A model generated the notes under the pieces. That model was not told the DNA's origin. It did no database searches and saw only the letters and a program-made list of their open reading frames with translations. DNA of 64,000 nt from an uncultured SAR86 cluster bacterium (GTDB lineage: Bacteria; Pseudomonadota; Gammaproteobacteria; Magnimaribacterales; D2472). The stretch spans positions 210,506 to 274,505 of the forward strand of contig CACKPV010000002.1 in the NCBI GenBank assembly GCA_902602185.1, in the 5' to 3' direction. The position numbers were made by a program, and so were the translations under genes. Below, in pieces: positions 52,273 to 63,881 of the stretch (its first letter is position 1; every line of letters starts with the position of its first letter).

Positions 52273-53133
52273 ATGAGATTTTTGTTTCTTTGCCTTTCTC
52301 CTTTTCCCTTAAAAGTTGGATATGTAATTTCTGATTTAATTTCATCAATCTATTTGCTCTTTAATCTAAACTTATTAAAGATTACGTTTATTAATATTAG
52401 TCTTGCTTTTCCAGATCTTGAAAAATCTGAAGTTCAAAAAATAGCCAAAATGAGTTTAAAGGAAAGTTTTAGATCTTATTATGAAACTTTTTATTGTTTC
52501 TCAAGGCCCAACAGACTGTTATCTGAAAATATCCTTAAAATTGAAAATAATTTTCTTTTAAACAGCTACCAAAAGAGCAATGGATTCATAATTTTATCCC
52601 TTCATAATAGAAGCATTGATTTTTTATTTAATTTTCTAGCCCATAAATTCAGTGTTTTAGGAATTTTTAAACCTGCCAAATCTAAATTTGTTAATAATTT
52701 CATTAAACGAAGAAGAGAAAATGATTTAGCCAAAGTCTTTGAAACCAATTACAAAGGAGTCCGAGAGTTATTTAAGCATCTTAGTCAAGGTTCTGTTGTT
52801 GCAATGGCCGCAGATCAGGTGCCTGCGGATGGAAAAGGTGAATATGCTCAATTTTTTAGTCATGAAGCTTACACAACAACTTTAGTGCCATCTTTAGCTT
52901 CAAAAACTGGAAAAGATGTTTTGTGTGCCAGCCTTAATTCAAATCATTTTAACGACCTTTCGATTACATTTTCAGAAACTTCTTTAAATTTTAATAAAAT
53001 AGGTAAAAGCAATTTTGCACAGAGTCTTAATCATGAAATTGAAAAAATGATTAGTAAAAAATTGATTGATTACAATTGGGAATATAAAAGATACAAAAAA
53101 CAAAGAGGAATACAAAGAGACCCCTATAAATAA
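52273..53133 (+). CDS. Lipid A biosynthesis (Kdo2-lipid IVA) acyltransferase, LpxL/HtrB family
   Basis: 286 aa. Family-typical NISLAFPD.., HNRSIDF, AADQ motifs. Confidence 0.65.
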   Translation: MRFLFLCLSPFPLKVGYVISDLISSIYLLFNLNLLKITFINISLAFPDLEKSEVQKIAKMSLKESFRSYYETFYCFSRPNRLLSENILKIENNFLLNSYQKSNGFIILSLHNRSIDFLFNFLAHKFSVLGIFKPAKSKFVNNFIKRRRENDLAKVFETNYKGVRELFKHLSQGSVVAMAADQVPADGKGEYAQFFSHEAYTTTLVPSLASKTGKDVLCASLNSNHFNDLSITFSETSLNFNKIGKSNFAQSLNHEIEKMISKKLIDYNWEYKRYKKQRGIQRDPYK

Positions 53134-54567
53134 TTATCTCTGCCAAAAAGCTGGAGTTAAGACAACAAGCAAAGTAAAGATTTCAAGCCTTCCTAAAATC
53201 ATTGCAAAAGACAATATACTCTTTGCAGCTACTCCTAGTGAACTGTAGTTTGTTGCAACTTCACCTAATCCTGGGCCTAAGTTATTAAGACAAGCTCCAA
53301 CAGCAGAGAATGCAGTCAGAAAATCTAGGCCTGTCATCAGCATTGCGATTAGAAGCACCATAAAAGATATTACATAGATAGAAAAAAATGCCCAAAGTGC
53401 CTCTGTAACATTTTGTTGCAGAGGGTTTCTGCCTATTTTTATTGAGTTAGTAGAGTTTGGATGAATAAGCTTAAATATTTGCATATATCCATGCTTTATA
53501 ATTATTAACACCCTCCATGACTTTATACCTCCACCAACTGATCCTGAACATGCCCCCATAAAGGCACCTAACAGAAGTAGGAAACTTACCATAGTTGGCC
53601 ATGACGAATACTCTTCAGTAAGGAATCCTGTAGTGGTTACAATTGATACAGACTGAAATATTCCATACCTTAAAGGATTAGCAATATCAGTCAAAGTAAA
53701 TAAAGAAATACAAACAACAGCTGTTATTACGAATAAAATTGATAAAAAGAATCTTAGTTCTGGATCATAAAAGTACTTTAAAAATTGTTTTCTATAAATA
53801 AGTCCGTAATGAAGAGAAAAATTTATAGCCGATAAAATCATAAAAACCATACAAACAATTTCAATATTAATGTTGTTAAAAAAACCGATGCTTGCATCAT
53901 GCGTTGAAAAACCTCCAATAGAAACTGTACTTAGAGCATGAGCAAAGGAGTCAAAAAAACTCATGCCAGCAAGTTTATATGAGGAAAGACATAATATAGT
54001 GAGACCAAGGTAAATTAACCATAATGCCCTTGCAGTATTCGTGATACGAGGTGTTAATTTTTGATTACTCATAGCACCTGGTGTTTGAGTTTTAAACAAT
54101 TGTCCTCCACCAATACCCAACAATGGCATTACTGCAATTGCAAGAACAATTAGACCCATACCACCCATCCATTGAAGAAGTTGGCGATATATTAGAACTG
54201 ATTTATCAAGCTCATCTAGACCAGAAAACACCGTTGCACCTGTAGTTGTAATACCAGACATTGATTCAAATAACGAATCAACAAAACTAAACCCTAAAAA
54301 ATAAAAAGGCAACGCACCAAAAAGAGATAAAACCAACCAAAAAAGAACAGTTATGATAAACCCATCACTTAAACTTAGGTCTGAGCCATCTTTCCTAGTG
54401 AAAACCCATGAACAACAACCCACAAGAAATATACCAATCATTAAAGAAATAAAAATATTTATAGAAGATTCTTCATAGACAAATCCAACAAAAATTGGAA
54501 TCAGAAAGGAAAAACTAAATAACATTAGCAAAACCCCAAAAAAATTAAGAATTTTTAATGGATTCAA
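53134..54567 (-). CDS. trkH: Trk system potassium uptake protein TrkH
   Basis: 477 aa polytopic protein with repeated ..TTGF / GGS pore motifs. Adjacent to trkA. Confidence 0.9.
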   Translation of the reverse strand: MNPLKILNFFGVLLMLFSFSFLIPIFVGFVYEESSINIFISLMIGIFLVGCCSWVFTRKDGSDLSLSDGFIITVLFWLVLSLFGALPFYFLGFSFVDSLFESMSGITTTGATVFSGLDELDKSVLIYRQLLQWMGGMGLIVLAIAVMPLLGIGGGQLFKTQTPGAMSNQKLTPRITNTARALWLIYLGLTILCLSSYKLAGMSFFDSFAHALSTVSIGGFSTHDASIGFFNNINIEIVCMVFMILSAINFSLHYGLIYRKQFLKYFYDPELRFFLSILFVITAVVCISLFTLTDIANPLRYGIFQSVSIVTTTGFLTEEYSSWPTMVSFLLLLGAFMGACSGSVGGGIKSWRVLIIIKHGYMQIFKLIHPNSTNSIKIGRNPLQQNVTEALWAFFSIYVISFMVLLIAMLMTGLDFLTAFSAVGACLNNLGPGLGEVATNYSSLGVAAKSILSFAMILGRLEIFTLLVVLTPAFWQR

Positions 54568-55923
54568 TTAAACCTCTTTGAAATATTTTTCAACTTCAGA
54601 AACAGCAGATTTATTTGTAAGAAAAACAATTAAGTGATCTTCAATTTGAAGTTTGAGATCATCACTTGGCATCAATACTTCTTCAGATCTTACGACGGCG
54701 CCTAGTGTAGCTTCATCTGGAAGTGGTAAAGAATTGATTGGAAATCCAATGAATTCTGCTGTAGAGGAATTTGGATGAATGACTCCTTCTATCGCTTCAG
54801 CACCTGTATGCATTTTTAGGATTACTTCTTGAGCAAAGTCTCCCTCTCTAAGGTCTTGCATTACTAGTGAAATTGTTAATCTGTAGGGCGCTATTACATT
54901 ATCGATAAATCTTTTGGGAATAATATCCATGTAAGAGATATTATTTACTAGGATCATTGTTTTCTTTGCTCCAAGTTTCTTTGCTAGGAAAGCAGACATT
55001 ATATTTGCCTCATCATCATTTGTTAGACTGCAAAAAACATCTGTTTGTGAAATATTTTCACTTATTAACAGGCTTTCATCAGAGCCACTACCATGAAGTA
55101 CAATTGCCTTATTCAGTTCTTCTGAAAGAAATTTGCATCTGCCTTTGTCTCTTTCAACGACCTTAACATTAAATTTGTTTTCTAGTTGTTTGGCAAGATT
55201 AAACCCAATTTTACCCCCGCCTATAATAAAGACTCTAGAGAAACGTTCAGACTTCTCTTGAACTTCATTAACTACTTCATCTATATTTTCTGCAGCAGTT
55301 ATAAAATAAATTTCATCATTTTCTTTAATAATCGTAGAGCCTTTTGCTTTGATAGGCTTACCCTTTCTATAAATTATTGGGACAAAGGTATCGATATTCG
55401 GCATATCTTGTCTTATAACTTTAAGTTCATGTCCAACTAAATTACCGTTTTTTTGTGCTTTTACTGAAACAAGCTTAACTTTGCCATCAGCGAAATCTTC
55501 AATTTGATTTGTACCTGGATGTGTTATCAACTGAAAAAGATGTTCTGTAATATCATTTTCTGGGCTTATAGGGATATCAACAAAGTCATCGATAAGTTTT
55601 TTTTCTGTTATGTAAGACGAATCACTTAATCTACAGATAGTTTTTTTTGCATTAAAAGAGGATTTTGCAATTTTTGATGCTATTAAATTTACTTCATCAT
55701 TATTTGTTAATGAGAGAAGAACAGTATCTTTATCGCAACCTGCTTTCCTCAACGTAAGAGGGTGACTTGCATGTCCTAAAACAGTCCTTAGATCAACTGA
55801 ATCATCAAGATCAGCTAGTTTATCAGAATCTTCATCAACAACTGTAACTTCGTATCCATCAGATGATAAATTGGTAGCAAGGCTGCCGCCAACTTGCCCA
55901 GCACCCAAAATCAATATTTTCAT
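54568..55923 (-). CDS. trkA: Trk system NAD-binding subunit TrkA
   Basis: 451 aa. Two Rossmann motifs (ILGAGQVGGSLA, IIGGGKIGFNLA). Confidence 0.92.
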   Translation of the reverse strand: MKILILGAGQVGGSLATNLSSDGYEVTVVDEDSDKLADLDDSVDLRTVLGHASHPLTLRKAGCDKDTVLLSLTNNDEVNLIASKIAKSSFNAKKTICRLSDSSYITEKKLIDDFVDIPISPENDITEHLFQLITHPGTNQIEDFADGKVKLVSVKAQKNGNLVGHELKVIRQDMPNIDTFVPIIYRKGKPIKAKGSTIIKENDEIYFITAAENIDEVVNEVQEKSERFSRVFIIGGGKIGFNLAKQLENKFNVKVVERDKGRCKFLSEELNKAIVLHGSGSDESLLISENISQTDVFCSLTNDDEANIMSAFLAKKLGAKKTMILVNNISYMDIIPKRFIDNVIAPYRLTISLVMQDLREGDFAQEVILKMHTGAEAIEGVIHPNSSTAEFIGFPINSLPLPDEATLGAVVRSEEVLMPSDDLKLQIEDHLIVFLTNKSAVSEVEKYFKEV

Positions 55924-55977
55924 AGTAGCTAAAATATACCTGTTTTAGGCAAAATAAAAGTATATTTTCATAAATAT

Positions 55978-56952
55978 TTATAAACTCGTTTTTTCTATCT
56001 TCTTGTTAAAAAAATCTTTGTACCCATTTTTTATAGAAGCATCGGCAATAATATTTTTACCTGGAAACTGTAAGTGAGTGATTACTATCTTAGAATTGTT
56101 TGTAACTACTGACATTCCTAATTTTTCATCCCACAAAATTGTTCCAGGTTTCTCATTGCCACTGTGTTCGTGTGCATAACATCCATGTATCTTTATTTGA
56201 ACATTTTTAAAGTTGAAAAAAAGTCCTGGCCATTCAATATAAGCTCGCAGTTTTGATTCTATTTCCTCAGACGTTTCTCTAAAATCTATCAATCCATCAG
56301 ACTTTATAATCTTCTTACAGTAGCTTGCTTGAGCAGTATCTTGTTTTTTTGGTTGAAGATTACCAAGGTTAATTTCGTTAATTGTTGGGACAACAGTTTT
56401 TAATGTTAAGTCTATCAATCTGTTTTCAAGAGTTATTTTATTTTCATTTTTTTCAAACTCTAATTCATGACTGGAATAAATTGGACCTTCATCCATGCCT
56501 TCGGTCATTGACATATAAGAAATTCCTGTAATTTTATCATTAGATAAAATAGCACTTTGAATAGGTGTAGCTCCCCTATAACTTGGCAACAAAGAGAAGT
56601 GAATATTTATGGAGTCTTTTGCTGGTAAATTCAGAATATGTTTTGGAATAATTTTCCCAAAGGCAGCCACAATTAAAAAATCAAATTTTAGATTATTAAG
56701 TTTGAGAAGATTATTTTGCTGAAAGTTTTCTATTTTTATACATTCAATGTTGTTCTTGACCGCAAATTCAGCAACTGGAGCAAGAGAAGGGATTTTTGTT
56801 CTGCCCCTAATCTTATCAGGTTGTGTAAGCACAGCTTTGATTTCAAAGTTTTCATTAAGTTTTTCAAGAATCTTTTTGGATAATACAGGAGTGCCTGCAT
56901 AAACAATACTAACCTTATTTTGTTCTAACTTTTGTGATGACTCTATATCCAT
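55978..56952 (-). CDS. fmt: Methionyl-tRNA formyltransferase
   Basis: 324 aa. SLLPSYRGATPIQ motif; downstream of def. Confidence 0.9.
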   Translation of the reverse strand: MDIESSQKLEQNKVSIVYAGTPVLSKKILEKLNENFEIKAVLTQPDKIRGRTKIPSLAPVAEFAVKNNIECIKIENFQQNNLLKLNNLKFDFLIVAAFGKIIPKHILNLPAKDSINIHFSLLPSYRGATPIQSAILSNDKITGISYMSMTEGMDEGPIYSSHELEFEKNENKITLENRLIDLTLKTVVPTINEINLGNLQPKKQDTAQASYCKKIIKSDGLIDFRETSEEIESKLRAYIEWPGLFFNFKNVQIKIHGCYAHEHSGNEKPGTILWDEKLGMSVVTNNSKIVITHLQFPGKNIIADASIKNGYKDFFNKKIEKTSL

Positions 56953-57027
56953 TTAATAAAATTTGCTGAAAATCCTACAATTTCGTCTAAAATCTTTTAA
57001 AATACGTTAAAATTGTCGAAATTACTT

Positions 57028-57537
57028 TTAAAATTCTTTTTTCCTTTCAATTTCTAGTTTTTTCTTAATTCTAGACCTTTTCAACGGACTTAAATAATCC
57101 ACAAATAATTTACCATTTAGATGATCAACTTCGTGTTGATAACACACCGTTAGCAGACCTTCAGGCTCCTCAGTTATAAATTTTCCATTAATATCTTGGT
57201 AATTTACAATAATCTTCTCAGGTCTTGATATTTCTTCATGAAATCCAGGTATTGAAAGACACCCCTCAGTGCAACTATATAAACTTTTGTCATCTTTTAC
57301 AGTAAATTGAGGATTGATAAAAACTTTTGGACTATTTCTCTCTTCACTTAAGTCCATTACAACTACTTGTTTGTGAATATCAACCTGAGTAGCTGCTAAA
57401 CCAATGCCATCAGCAGAATACATCGTTTCAAACATATTATTTACTAAATTTTCTAGACATTTGTCGAATTTTGTTACTTTTTCAGCCTTTATTCTGAGTC
57501 TTGGATCTGGATATATTAATATGTTTAGTTTAGGCAT
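57028..57537 (-). CDS. def: Peptide deformylase
   Basis: [14 protein letters not shown] and HEVDHL motifs. Confidence 0.95.
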   Translation of the reverse strand: MPKLNILIYPDPRLRIKAEKVTKFDKCLENLVNNMFETMYSADGIGLAATQVDIHKQVVVMDLSEERNSPKVFINPQFTVKDDKSLYSCTEGCLSIPGFHEEISRPEKIIVNYQDINGKFITEEPEGLLTVCYQHEVDHLNGKLFVDYLSPLKRSRIKKKLEIERKKEF

Positions 57538-57555
57538 TTGTTTATTTTAACTTTT

Positions 57556-57585
57556 TTGCACTTATTTAAAAGTTTTTATTATAAT
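57556..57585 (+). promoter_or_regulatory. Sigma70-like promoter TTGCAC-18 nt-TATAAT abutting the purE ATG
   Basis: The -10 element ends 5 nt before ATG 57591. No SD in between. Confidence 0.4.
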
Positions 57586-57590
57586 GTGTT

Positions 57591-58076
57591 ATGTCTGTAG
57601 CAATTGTTATGGGGTCTGACTCTGACTTAGATATTGTTTCCAAAGCTTTTGGTGTTTTAGATGATTTTGGTGTTTCTTATACAAAAAATGTATTCTCAGC
57701 TCATCGTACTCCGGATAAAGTTCTTGAATTAATTAAGTCATCAGAAGAAAACGGTGTTGAAGTATTTATTGCAGCAGCTGGCATGGCTGCTCATCTAGCT
57801 GGTGTAGTTGCCGCCCACACTACTAAACCTGTTATTGGAATACCCATTCCATCAGGATCGCTTAGTGGTTTTGACTCACTTCTATCAACAGTTCAAATGC
57901 CCCCAGGAATTCCTGTAGCGACAGTTGCAGTAGGATCTTCTGGTGCTAAAAATGCGGCAATTTTAGCTGTCCAAATTTTGGCAACAAATGATGATGCTCT
58001 TGCATCAAAACTTCATGAGTTTAAATCTAAAATGCGTGAAGAAGTTATATCAAAAGATAAAAAACTTAACAATTAA
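57591..58076 (+). CDS. purE: N5-carboxyaminoimidazole ribonucleotide mutase
   Basis: 161 aa. VAIVMGSDSDL and AGMAAHLAG motifs. Confidence 0.92.
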   Translation: MSVAIVMGSDSDLDIVSKAFGVLDDFGVSYTKNVFSAHRTPDKVLELIKSSEENGVEVFIAAAGMAAHLAGVVAAHTTKPVIGIPIPSGSLSGFDSLLSTVQMPPGIPVATVAVGSSGAKNAAILAVQILATNDDALASKLHEFKSKMREEVISKDKKLNN

Positions 58077-58082
58077 ATTTTA

Positions 58083-58625
58083 ATGCGTTCTTTAAACGCA
58101 GAGCAATCTGCAAAATGGATGGAGAAAGGTAATATTTTATTACATCCTACTGAAGGAGTTTGGGGACTGGGATGTGATCCTTTTAACTTAAAATCAATAG
58201 AAAGAGTTTTTGAATTAAAAGGTAGAGAAAGAGAAAAGAAATTTATTTTATTATTTAGAGACTTAGATAGTGTCAATTTGTATTCAGATATGATTTTAAA
58301 AAAAAGCATTATTTCTTCATTTTGGCCAGGCCATAATTCAATAATCATTCCTGCGAATAAATTAATACCAGAATATTTAACATATAAATCATGCTTTGTA
58401 GCAAGAGTGAGTGATCACTTACCTATCATAAGACTACACGAATATCTTAATGGTCCATTTATATCTACATCAGCTAATATTAGTGGTCAAGATGCTCCAG
58501 AAAGTCTTGGTAGCATTATTAAATTGTTTTCATATAAAGATGTTGCTCTTTATAATGCACCTCTTGGTAATAAAGTTTCACCCAGCAGAATTTATAATTT
58601 GATTGAGAAAAAATATGTTCGTTGA
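58083..58625 (+). CDS. tsaC: Threonylcarbamoyl-AMP synthase (YrdC/TsaC family)
   Basis: 180 aa. LHPTEGVWGLGCDP and KGREREK motifs. Confidence 0.85.
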   Translation: MRSLNAEQSAKWMEKGNILLHPTEGVWGLGCDPFNLKSIERVFELKGREREKKFILLFRDLDSVNLYSDMILKKSIISSFWPGHNSIIIPANKLIPEYLTYKSCFVARVSDHLPIIRLHEYLNGPFISTSANISGQDAPESLGSIIKLFSYKDVALYNAPLGNKVSPSRIYNLIEKKYVR

Positions 58626-59523
58626 TATTGATAAATTAGAAGAAAAGTTTGCATTGTTGCAGTCAGATATTTTTAATAATTTCCTCTCTTTAGAAAAAGA
58701 CCTTTCTGTAGGTGATGAAGATATCTGGAACTCTGATATTGCAAAGGGTCATGTAAAAATTATTTCTGAAGGAGCAACTTTTGAAAAAGCAATTGCATCT
58801 TTTTCAATGATTAAAAGTTCAAACTTACCAAATAGTTCTAATATCCTTAAAAGATTTCCTAAGTCAAATGGATATATTGCTATGGGAGTGTCAGTGATAG
58901 CACATCCACTAAGTCCACTTATTCCAACATCTCACTTAAATGTAAGAATCTTCTTAATATTTGATAATGACAGTCTTATAGATTGGTGGATTGGTGGTGG
59001 TTGTGATTTAACGCCTTTTTTTGAGAGCAAAGAAGACTTTAGGTTTTGGCATAAAAGCTTAAAGTCCTATTTAGACTCCTACGATAAAAGTCTTTATAAA
59101 TTATTTGCAAAACAGTGTGATGAATATTTTTATCTGCCCCATAGGAATGAAAAGAGAGGTATTGGAGGCATTTTTTTTGATGATCATAAAATGGATAACA
59201 TTGACAATAGTTTGTCTTTCTTAAAAGATTTAGTAAAAACTTACAACAAAAACATTTATCAAATAGTTAACCATAAAATTAAAGATGAATATAATGAAAA
59301 CCATAGAGAATTTCAAAAAATCAGAAGGGGGCGTTATGTTGAATTTAACCTTCTGCACGATAGGGGTACTAAATTTGGTTTAGAATCAGGAGGAAGAACT
59401 AAGTCAATCTTATCTTCACTGCCTCCTGCAGTATCTTATCCATTTGATACACCTGAACATTTACTAGAGTTTGAAAAAAAATTAAATAAAGTTCTCGAAA
59501 CTTGTTGGATTATTAATCAATGA
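58615..59523 (+). CDS. hemF: Oxygen-dependent coproporphyrinogen-III oxidase
   Basis: GGGCDLTP, YLPHRNEKRGIGGIFFD, GTKFGL motifs. ATG at 58615 preferred over the TTG at 58603 used in the track. Confidence 0.9.
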   Translation: MFVDIDKLEEKFALLQSDIFNNFLSLEKDLSVGDEDIWNSDIAKGHVKIISEGATFEKAIASFSMIKSSNLPNSSNILKRFPKSNGYIAMGVSVIAHPLSPLIPTSHLNVRIFLIFDNDSLIDWWIGGGCDLTPFFESKEDFRFWHKSLKSYLDSYDKSLYKLFAKQCDEYFYLPHRNEKRGIGGIFFDDHKMDNIDNSLSFLKDLVKTYNKNIYQIVNHKIKDEYNENHREFQKIRRGRYVEFNLLHDRGTKFGLESGGRTKSILSSLPPAVSYPFDTPEHLLEFEKKLNKVLETCWIINQ

Positions 59524-60353
59524 AAGTTCTGCATAAGTTAGGTGTACTTGGTAACCCAACCGAGCATTCATTATCACCTTTTATTCATAATAGATTTGCA
59601 AGAGAAGCAAAGATTAACTTTGACTACCGGCCTTACACTGTTTCTGAGAGTGACCTAGAGTTATTTTTTAAAGATTTTTGTAAAGATGATAAATTTTTAG
59701 GTTTAAATGTAACTTTGCCCTATAAAAAAGAAGTGTTCCACTTGTGTCAAAAAACCACAGATAAATCAAAATTAATTTCAGCAGTGAATACATTATTTAA
59801 GCAGGAGAGATTTGTTGTTGGGGAATCTACCGATGGATTTGGGCTTATTTCAGATTTTAAATTAAAAAATATTTTTTTAAGAGATAAAAAAATACTGATT
59901 TTTGGGGCAGGAGGTGCTGTTCAAAGCATTCTGCCTGATTTGATTAATTCTAATCCTTCAAAGATTATTATCAATAACAGAACACAAGAAAATGCACAAA
60001 AGGTTGTCAAAAAATTTAATAATTTATTTGATATCCAAGTTTTCGATACAGAAAATTTTGAAAATTCATTTGACTTAGTGATTCATGGTGCTTCAGTATC
60101 GCATTTTGATGCGCAGAATGATTATTTTCAAATAAATGCAAAATATTTCAGTGAAGAAACTATTTTCTATGATTTGAATTACTCCCTGAATGATACTGAC
60201 TTTTGTAGATGGGCAAGGTTATTCTCTGAAAATGTCTACGACGGCATGGGCATGCTTGTTTGTCAGGCAGCTGAATCTTTCAAAATATGGTTTGATCTAT
60301 ACCCAAACATAACCAATGTAATAAATGACCTTGAAGGCATGCGAAATGTCTGA
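59520..60353 (+). CDS. aroE: Shikimate dehydrogenase
   Basis: GNPTEHSLSPFIHN, NVTLPYK and GAGGA motifs. Confidence 0.9.
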   Translation: MKVLHKLGVLGNPTEHSLSPFIHNRFAREAKINFDYRPYTVSESDLELFFKDFCKDDKFLGLNVTLPYKKEVFHLCQKTTDKSKLISAVNTLFKQERFVVGESTDGFGLISDFKLKNIFLRDKKILIFGAGGAVQSILPDLINSNPSKIIINNRTQENAQKVVKKFNNLFDIQVFDTENFENSFDLVIHGASVSHFDAQNDYFQINAKYFSEETIFYDLNYSLNDTDFCRWARLFSENVYDGMGMLVCQAAESFKIWFDLYPNITNVINDLEGMRNV

Positions 60354-60480
60354 TTTTAGAAGATTTGTAGCAGGAGCTATTTGCCCAGAATGTAAAGCTA
60401 GGGATACCATAGCACTCAGCAAAGATGATCAGAGAATTTTCTGTATTAAATGTTCTTTTGAGGAGTTTAAGCAAACTTAA
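60346..60480 (+). CDS. YheV-like zinc-ribbon small protein (44 aa)
   Basis: Own translation: MSDFRRFVAGAICPECKARDTIALSKDDQRIFCIKCSFEEFKQT, with two CxxC pairs. Overlaps the aroE stop. Confidence 0.5.
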   Translation: MSDFRRFVAGAICPECKARDTIALSKDDQRIFCIKCSFEEFKQT

Positions 60481-60574
60481 AAACGGGTATAATTCTTTTA
60501 ATTTTTTAAAAAATTTAGTGCAATATAAATATTTTCTATAATATAATATAAGTCTCATTTATTAGGGTTATCGA

Positions 60575-61735
60575 ATGACATTAAAGGGAGTGACCATCCT
60601 CAAAAAATTAAAGGCTGTTTTATTATGGTCTTGCATTGCTGTATCTGCACCAATTAACTTGTTTGCGCAATGGGATAATTTAAATATGAGACCAGGTGTT
60701 ACTGATGTTAGTAACGAGGTCTTTGAACTACACATGCTCATTTTTTACATATGTTGCGCTATCGGGCTCGTAGTATTTTCCGTAATGTTTTACTCCATGT
60801 TTCGTTACACCAAAAAGAAAAATCCAGAACCAGCAAAATTTCATGAGCACACTGGACTTGAGATTATGTGGACAGTGGTGCCATTTTTAATACTCGTTGG
60901 TATGGCAATTCCAGCCTCTCAAACCCTCAAAGAGATATACAACGATGAAGAAGGTGAGATCAATATTCAAGTTGTTGGGTACCAATGGAAATGGGAGTAT
61001 AGATACCTTGAGGATGATATTAAGTTTTTTTCAAATTTAAGTACGGATATGGATGAAATTTATAATCTTGTTCCAAAGGGTGAGAATTATCTGCTGGAGG
61101 TTGATGAACCTCTAGTAATCCCAACCAATACAAGAGTTCGTTTTTTAATAACTGCAAATGATGTTATCCATTCTTGGTGGGTTCCAGATTTTGCCATAAA
61201 ACAAGATGCCATTCCTGGCTTTATTAACACAGCATGGACTGAAGTAAGCAAACCTGGTATTTACAGGGGTAACTGTACCGAACTTTGTGGTAAAAACCAT
61301 GGCTTCATGCCAGTAGTAGTTAAAGCAGTAGAAATGGATGAGTACACAGACTGGGTCATGGAAAGGAAAGAGGCTGCTATTCGCCTTGCTGAACTTACAG
61401 AAAAAGAGTGGTCTTTAGCTGAATTAACTGAAAGAGGCAAGGGTGTTTATCAAACTAATTGTGTTGCTTGCCATCAAGTGAATGGGCAAGGGCTGCCTCC
61501 TGTTTTCCCTGCATTGGCAGGCAGCAATATTGTAATGAATGATAAGGCTAAGAATATTGAAATTTTAATGGAAGGTGTTCAGGGTGCAGCAATGCAATCT
61601 TTTGCAAATCAATTGTCTGAGATTGATATGGCTGCAGTTATAACTTATACACGTCAATCTTGGGGTAATGCTGAGAACGGAGATGGTTCTTATGTTGTCC
61701 CTAAAGATATTGTTGAATATAAACCAAAAATATAA
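60575..61735 (+). CDS. coxB: Cytochrome c oxidase subunit II with C-terminal cytochrome c domain
   Basis: HSWWVPDF, CuA site [12 protein letters not shown], haem site CVACH. Confidence 0.93.
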   Translation: MTLKGVTILKKLKAVLLWSCIAVSAPINLFAQWDNLNMRPGVTDVSNEVFELHMLIFYICCAIGLVVFSVMFYSMFRYTKKKNPEPAKFHEHTGLEIMWTVVPFLILVGMAIPASQTLKEIYNDEEGEINIQVVGYQWKWEYRYLEDDIKFFSNLSTDMDEIYNLVPKGENYLLEVDEPLVIPTNTRVRFLITANDVIHSWWVPDFAIKQDAIPGFINTAWTEVSKPGIYRGNCTELCGKNHGFMPVVVKAVEMDEYTDWVMERKEAAIRLAELTEKEWSLAELTERGKGVYQTNCVACHQVNGQGLPPVFPALAGSNIVMNDKAKNIEILMEGVQGAAMQSFANQLSEIDMAAVITYTRQSWGNAENGDGSYVVPKDIVEYKPKI

Positions 61736-61743
61736 GGAAAAAA

Positions 61744-63324
61744 ATGAGTACGGTAATTGAAAATCATCATGACCATCATCACGGCCCGGCAAGCGGTCTA
61801 ATGCGTTGGGTAACAACAACAAATCATAAAGATATTGGAACTTTATATTTATGGTTTAGTTTTGCTATGTTTCTTATTGGTGGGGCAATGGCAATGGTCA
61901 TTCGTGCTGAACTTTTCCAACCCGGCATGCAGATTGTCCAACCAGAGTTTTATAATCAAATGCTTACATTGCATGGTTTGATTATGGTTTTCGGTGCTGT
62001 TATGCCCGCATTTGTTGGACTTGCAAATTGGTTAGTGCCGATGATGATAGGTGCCCCTGATATGGCACTTCCAAGATTAAATAATTTAAGTTTTTGGCTA
62101 TTACCTTTTGCTTTCGGGATTTTGCTCTCGTCATTGTTTATGGAAGGAGGAGCCCCAAACTTTGGATGGACTTTTTACGCTCCGTTGTCCACAACATACG
62201 CTCCACCAAGTGTCACCTTCTTCATTTTTTCAGTCCACATTATGGGAGCATCATCAATAATGGGATCTATTAATGTCATTGTAACCATTATGAATATGAG
62301 GGCACCGGGAATGGATTTAATGAAAATGCCTTTATTTGTGTGGTCCTGGTTGATTACGGCTTACCTACTTATAGCAGTGATGCCCGTTTTAGCTGGAGCA
62401 GTGACAATGATGCTAATGGATATTCATTTTGGTACAAGTTTTTTTAATGCTGCTGGTGGAGGTGACCCAGTCCTTTTTCAGCACATATTTTGGTTTTTTG
62501 GTCATCCAGAAGTTTATATAATGATCTTGCCTGCTTTCGGCATAACTTCTCACATTATTGAAACATTTGCTAGAAAAAGATTGTTTGGTTATTCATCGAT
62601 GGTATGGGCCATGCTGTCAATTGCAATCTTATCTTTTGTTGTCTGGGCACACCACATGTTCACAGTTGGCATGCCTCTTGCAGCAGAACTATTTTTTATG
62701 TGGGCAACAATGTTGATTGCAGTTCCGACCGGTGTAAAGGTATTTAACTGGGTTGCTACCATGTTCAGAGGCTCAATTACTTATGAGACTCCAATGCTGT
62801 TTGCCATAGCATTTGTTGTTCTTTTTACTATTGGTGGTTTTTCAGGACTTATGCTTGCTATTACTCCTGCTGACTTTCAATATCACGATACTTATTTTGT
62901 AGTAGCTCATTTTCATTATGTGCTCGTACCAGGATCAGTGTTTTCAATAATGGCTGCAGTTTATTATTGGATACCGAAATGGACCGGTAATATGTATGAC
63001 GAAAGATTATCAAGATTACATTTTTGGCTATCCTTTGTTGGAGTTAATGTAACTTTTTTCCCTCAACACTGGATTGGTTTAGCAGGCATGCCAAGAAGAT
63101 ATCCTGATTATGCGCTGCAATTTGCCGATTGGAACATGGTATCTACGGCAGGAGCTTTCTTATTTGGAGCTTCCCAGATTTTGTTTCTTTTCATTGTATT
63201 GAAGACCGTTGTTGGTGGAAAAAAAGCAACTTCTCAAGTATGGGAGGGTGCAAAAGGTTTAGAGTGGTCAGTCGCTTCACCAGCTCCTTATCATACTTTC
63301 TCAACTCCACCAAAGGTTGATTGA
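61744..63324 (+). CDS. coxA: Cytochrome c oxidase subunit I
   Basis: 526 aa. [10 protein letters not shown] and HHMF motifs. Confidence 0.97.
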   Translation: MSTVIENHHDHHHGPASGLMRWVTTTNHKDIGTLYLWFSFAMFLIGGAMAMVIRAELFQPGMQIVQPEFYNQMLTLHGLIMVFGAVMPAFVGLANWLVPMMIGAPDMALPRLNNLSFWLLPFAFGILLSSLFMEGGAPNFGWTFYAPLSTTYAPPSVTFFIFSVHIMGASSIMGSINVIVTIMNMRAPGMDLMKMPLFVWSWLITAYLLIAVMPVLAGAVTMMLMDIHFGTSFFNAAGGGDPVLFQHIFWFFGHPEVYIMILPAFGITSHIIETFARKRLFGYSSMVWAMLSIAILSFVVWAHHMFTVGMPLAAELFFMWATMLIAVPTGVKVFNWVATMFRGSITYETPMLFAIAFVVLFTIGGFSGLMLAITPADFQYHDTYFVVAHFHYVLVPGSVFSIMAAVYYWIPKWTGNMYDERLSRLHFWLSFVGVNVTFFPQHWIGLAGMPRRYPDYALQFADWNMVSTAGAFLFGASQILFLFIVLKTVVGGKKATSQVWEGAKGLEWSVASPAPYHTFSTPPKVD

Positions 63325-63881
63325 TGAATAAATCTGCAAAAAAAACTCTTCAATTGCTTTCGATCGGAGTTTTCTGCATGTTTTTCTTTTCATTTGCTTT
63401 AGTGCCTCTATATGATGTTTTTTGTGAAATTACTGGTCTAAACGGCAAAATCTCACAATCTAAGGAAAATACATCATATGAAACAGAAACCGGTAGAGAT
63501 TTAACAGTACAATTTGTTTCTCACAACAACGAACAAATGCCATGGAAATTCAACCCATCAGAAAAAGTGATGGAGGTAACAACTGGTAAATATCATAATG
63601 CTACTTTCTATGTAAAAAATACAACAGATAAACCAATGACAGCACAAGCTGTGCCAAGTGTTGCTCCAAGTAATGCGGCTGAGTACTTAAAAAAACTGGA
63701 ATGCTTTTGTTTTGAGCAGCAATTTTTAAGTCCTGGGGAAGAAGCTCTATTGCCAGTTCGTTTTATTTTCGATGATTCCCTACCTAGTACGATCAATAAT
63801 GTGGCTTTATCTTACACAATTTTCGATATCACAGACCGTGTTGACCCAGAAATGAATCATCTTTCTATGGGCACAAGATAA
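63321..63881 (+). CDS. ctaG: Cytochrome c oxidase assembly protein CtaG/Cox11
   Basis: 186 aa. CFCF copper motif. Confidence 0.9.
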   Translation: MMNKSAKKTLQLLSIGVFCMFFFSFALVPLYDVFCEITGLNGKISQSKENTSYETETGRDLTVQFVSHNNEQMPWKFNPSEKVMEVTTGKYHNATFYVKNTTDKPMTAQAVPSVAPSNAAEYLKKLECFCFEQQFLSPGEEALLPVRFIFDDSLPSTINNVALSYTIFDITDRVDPEMNHLSMGTR

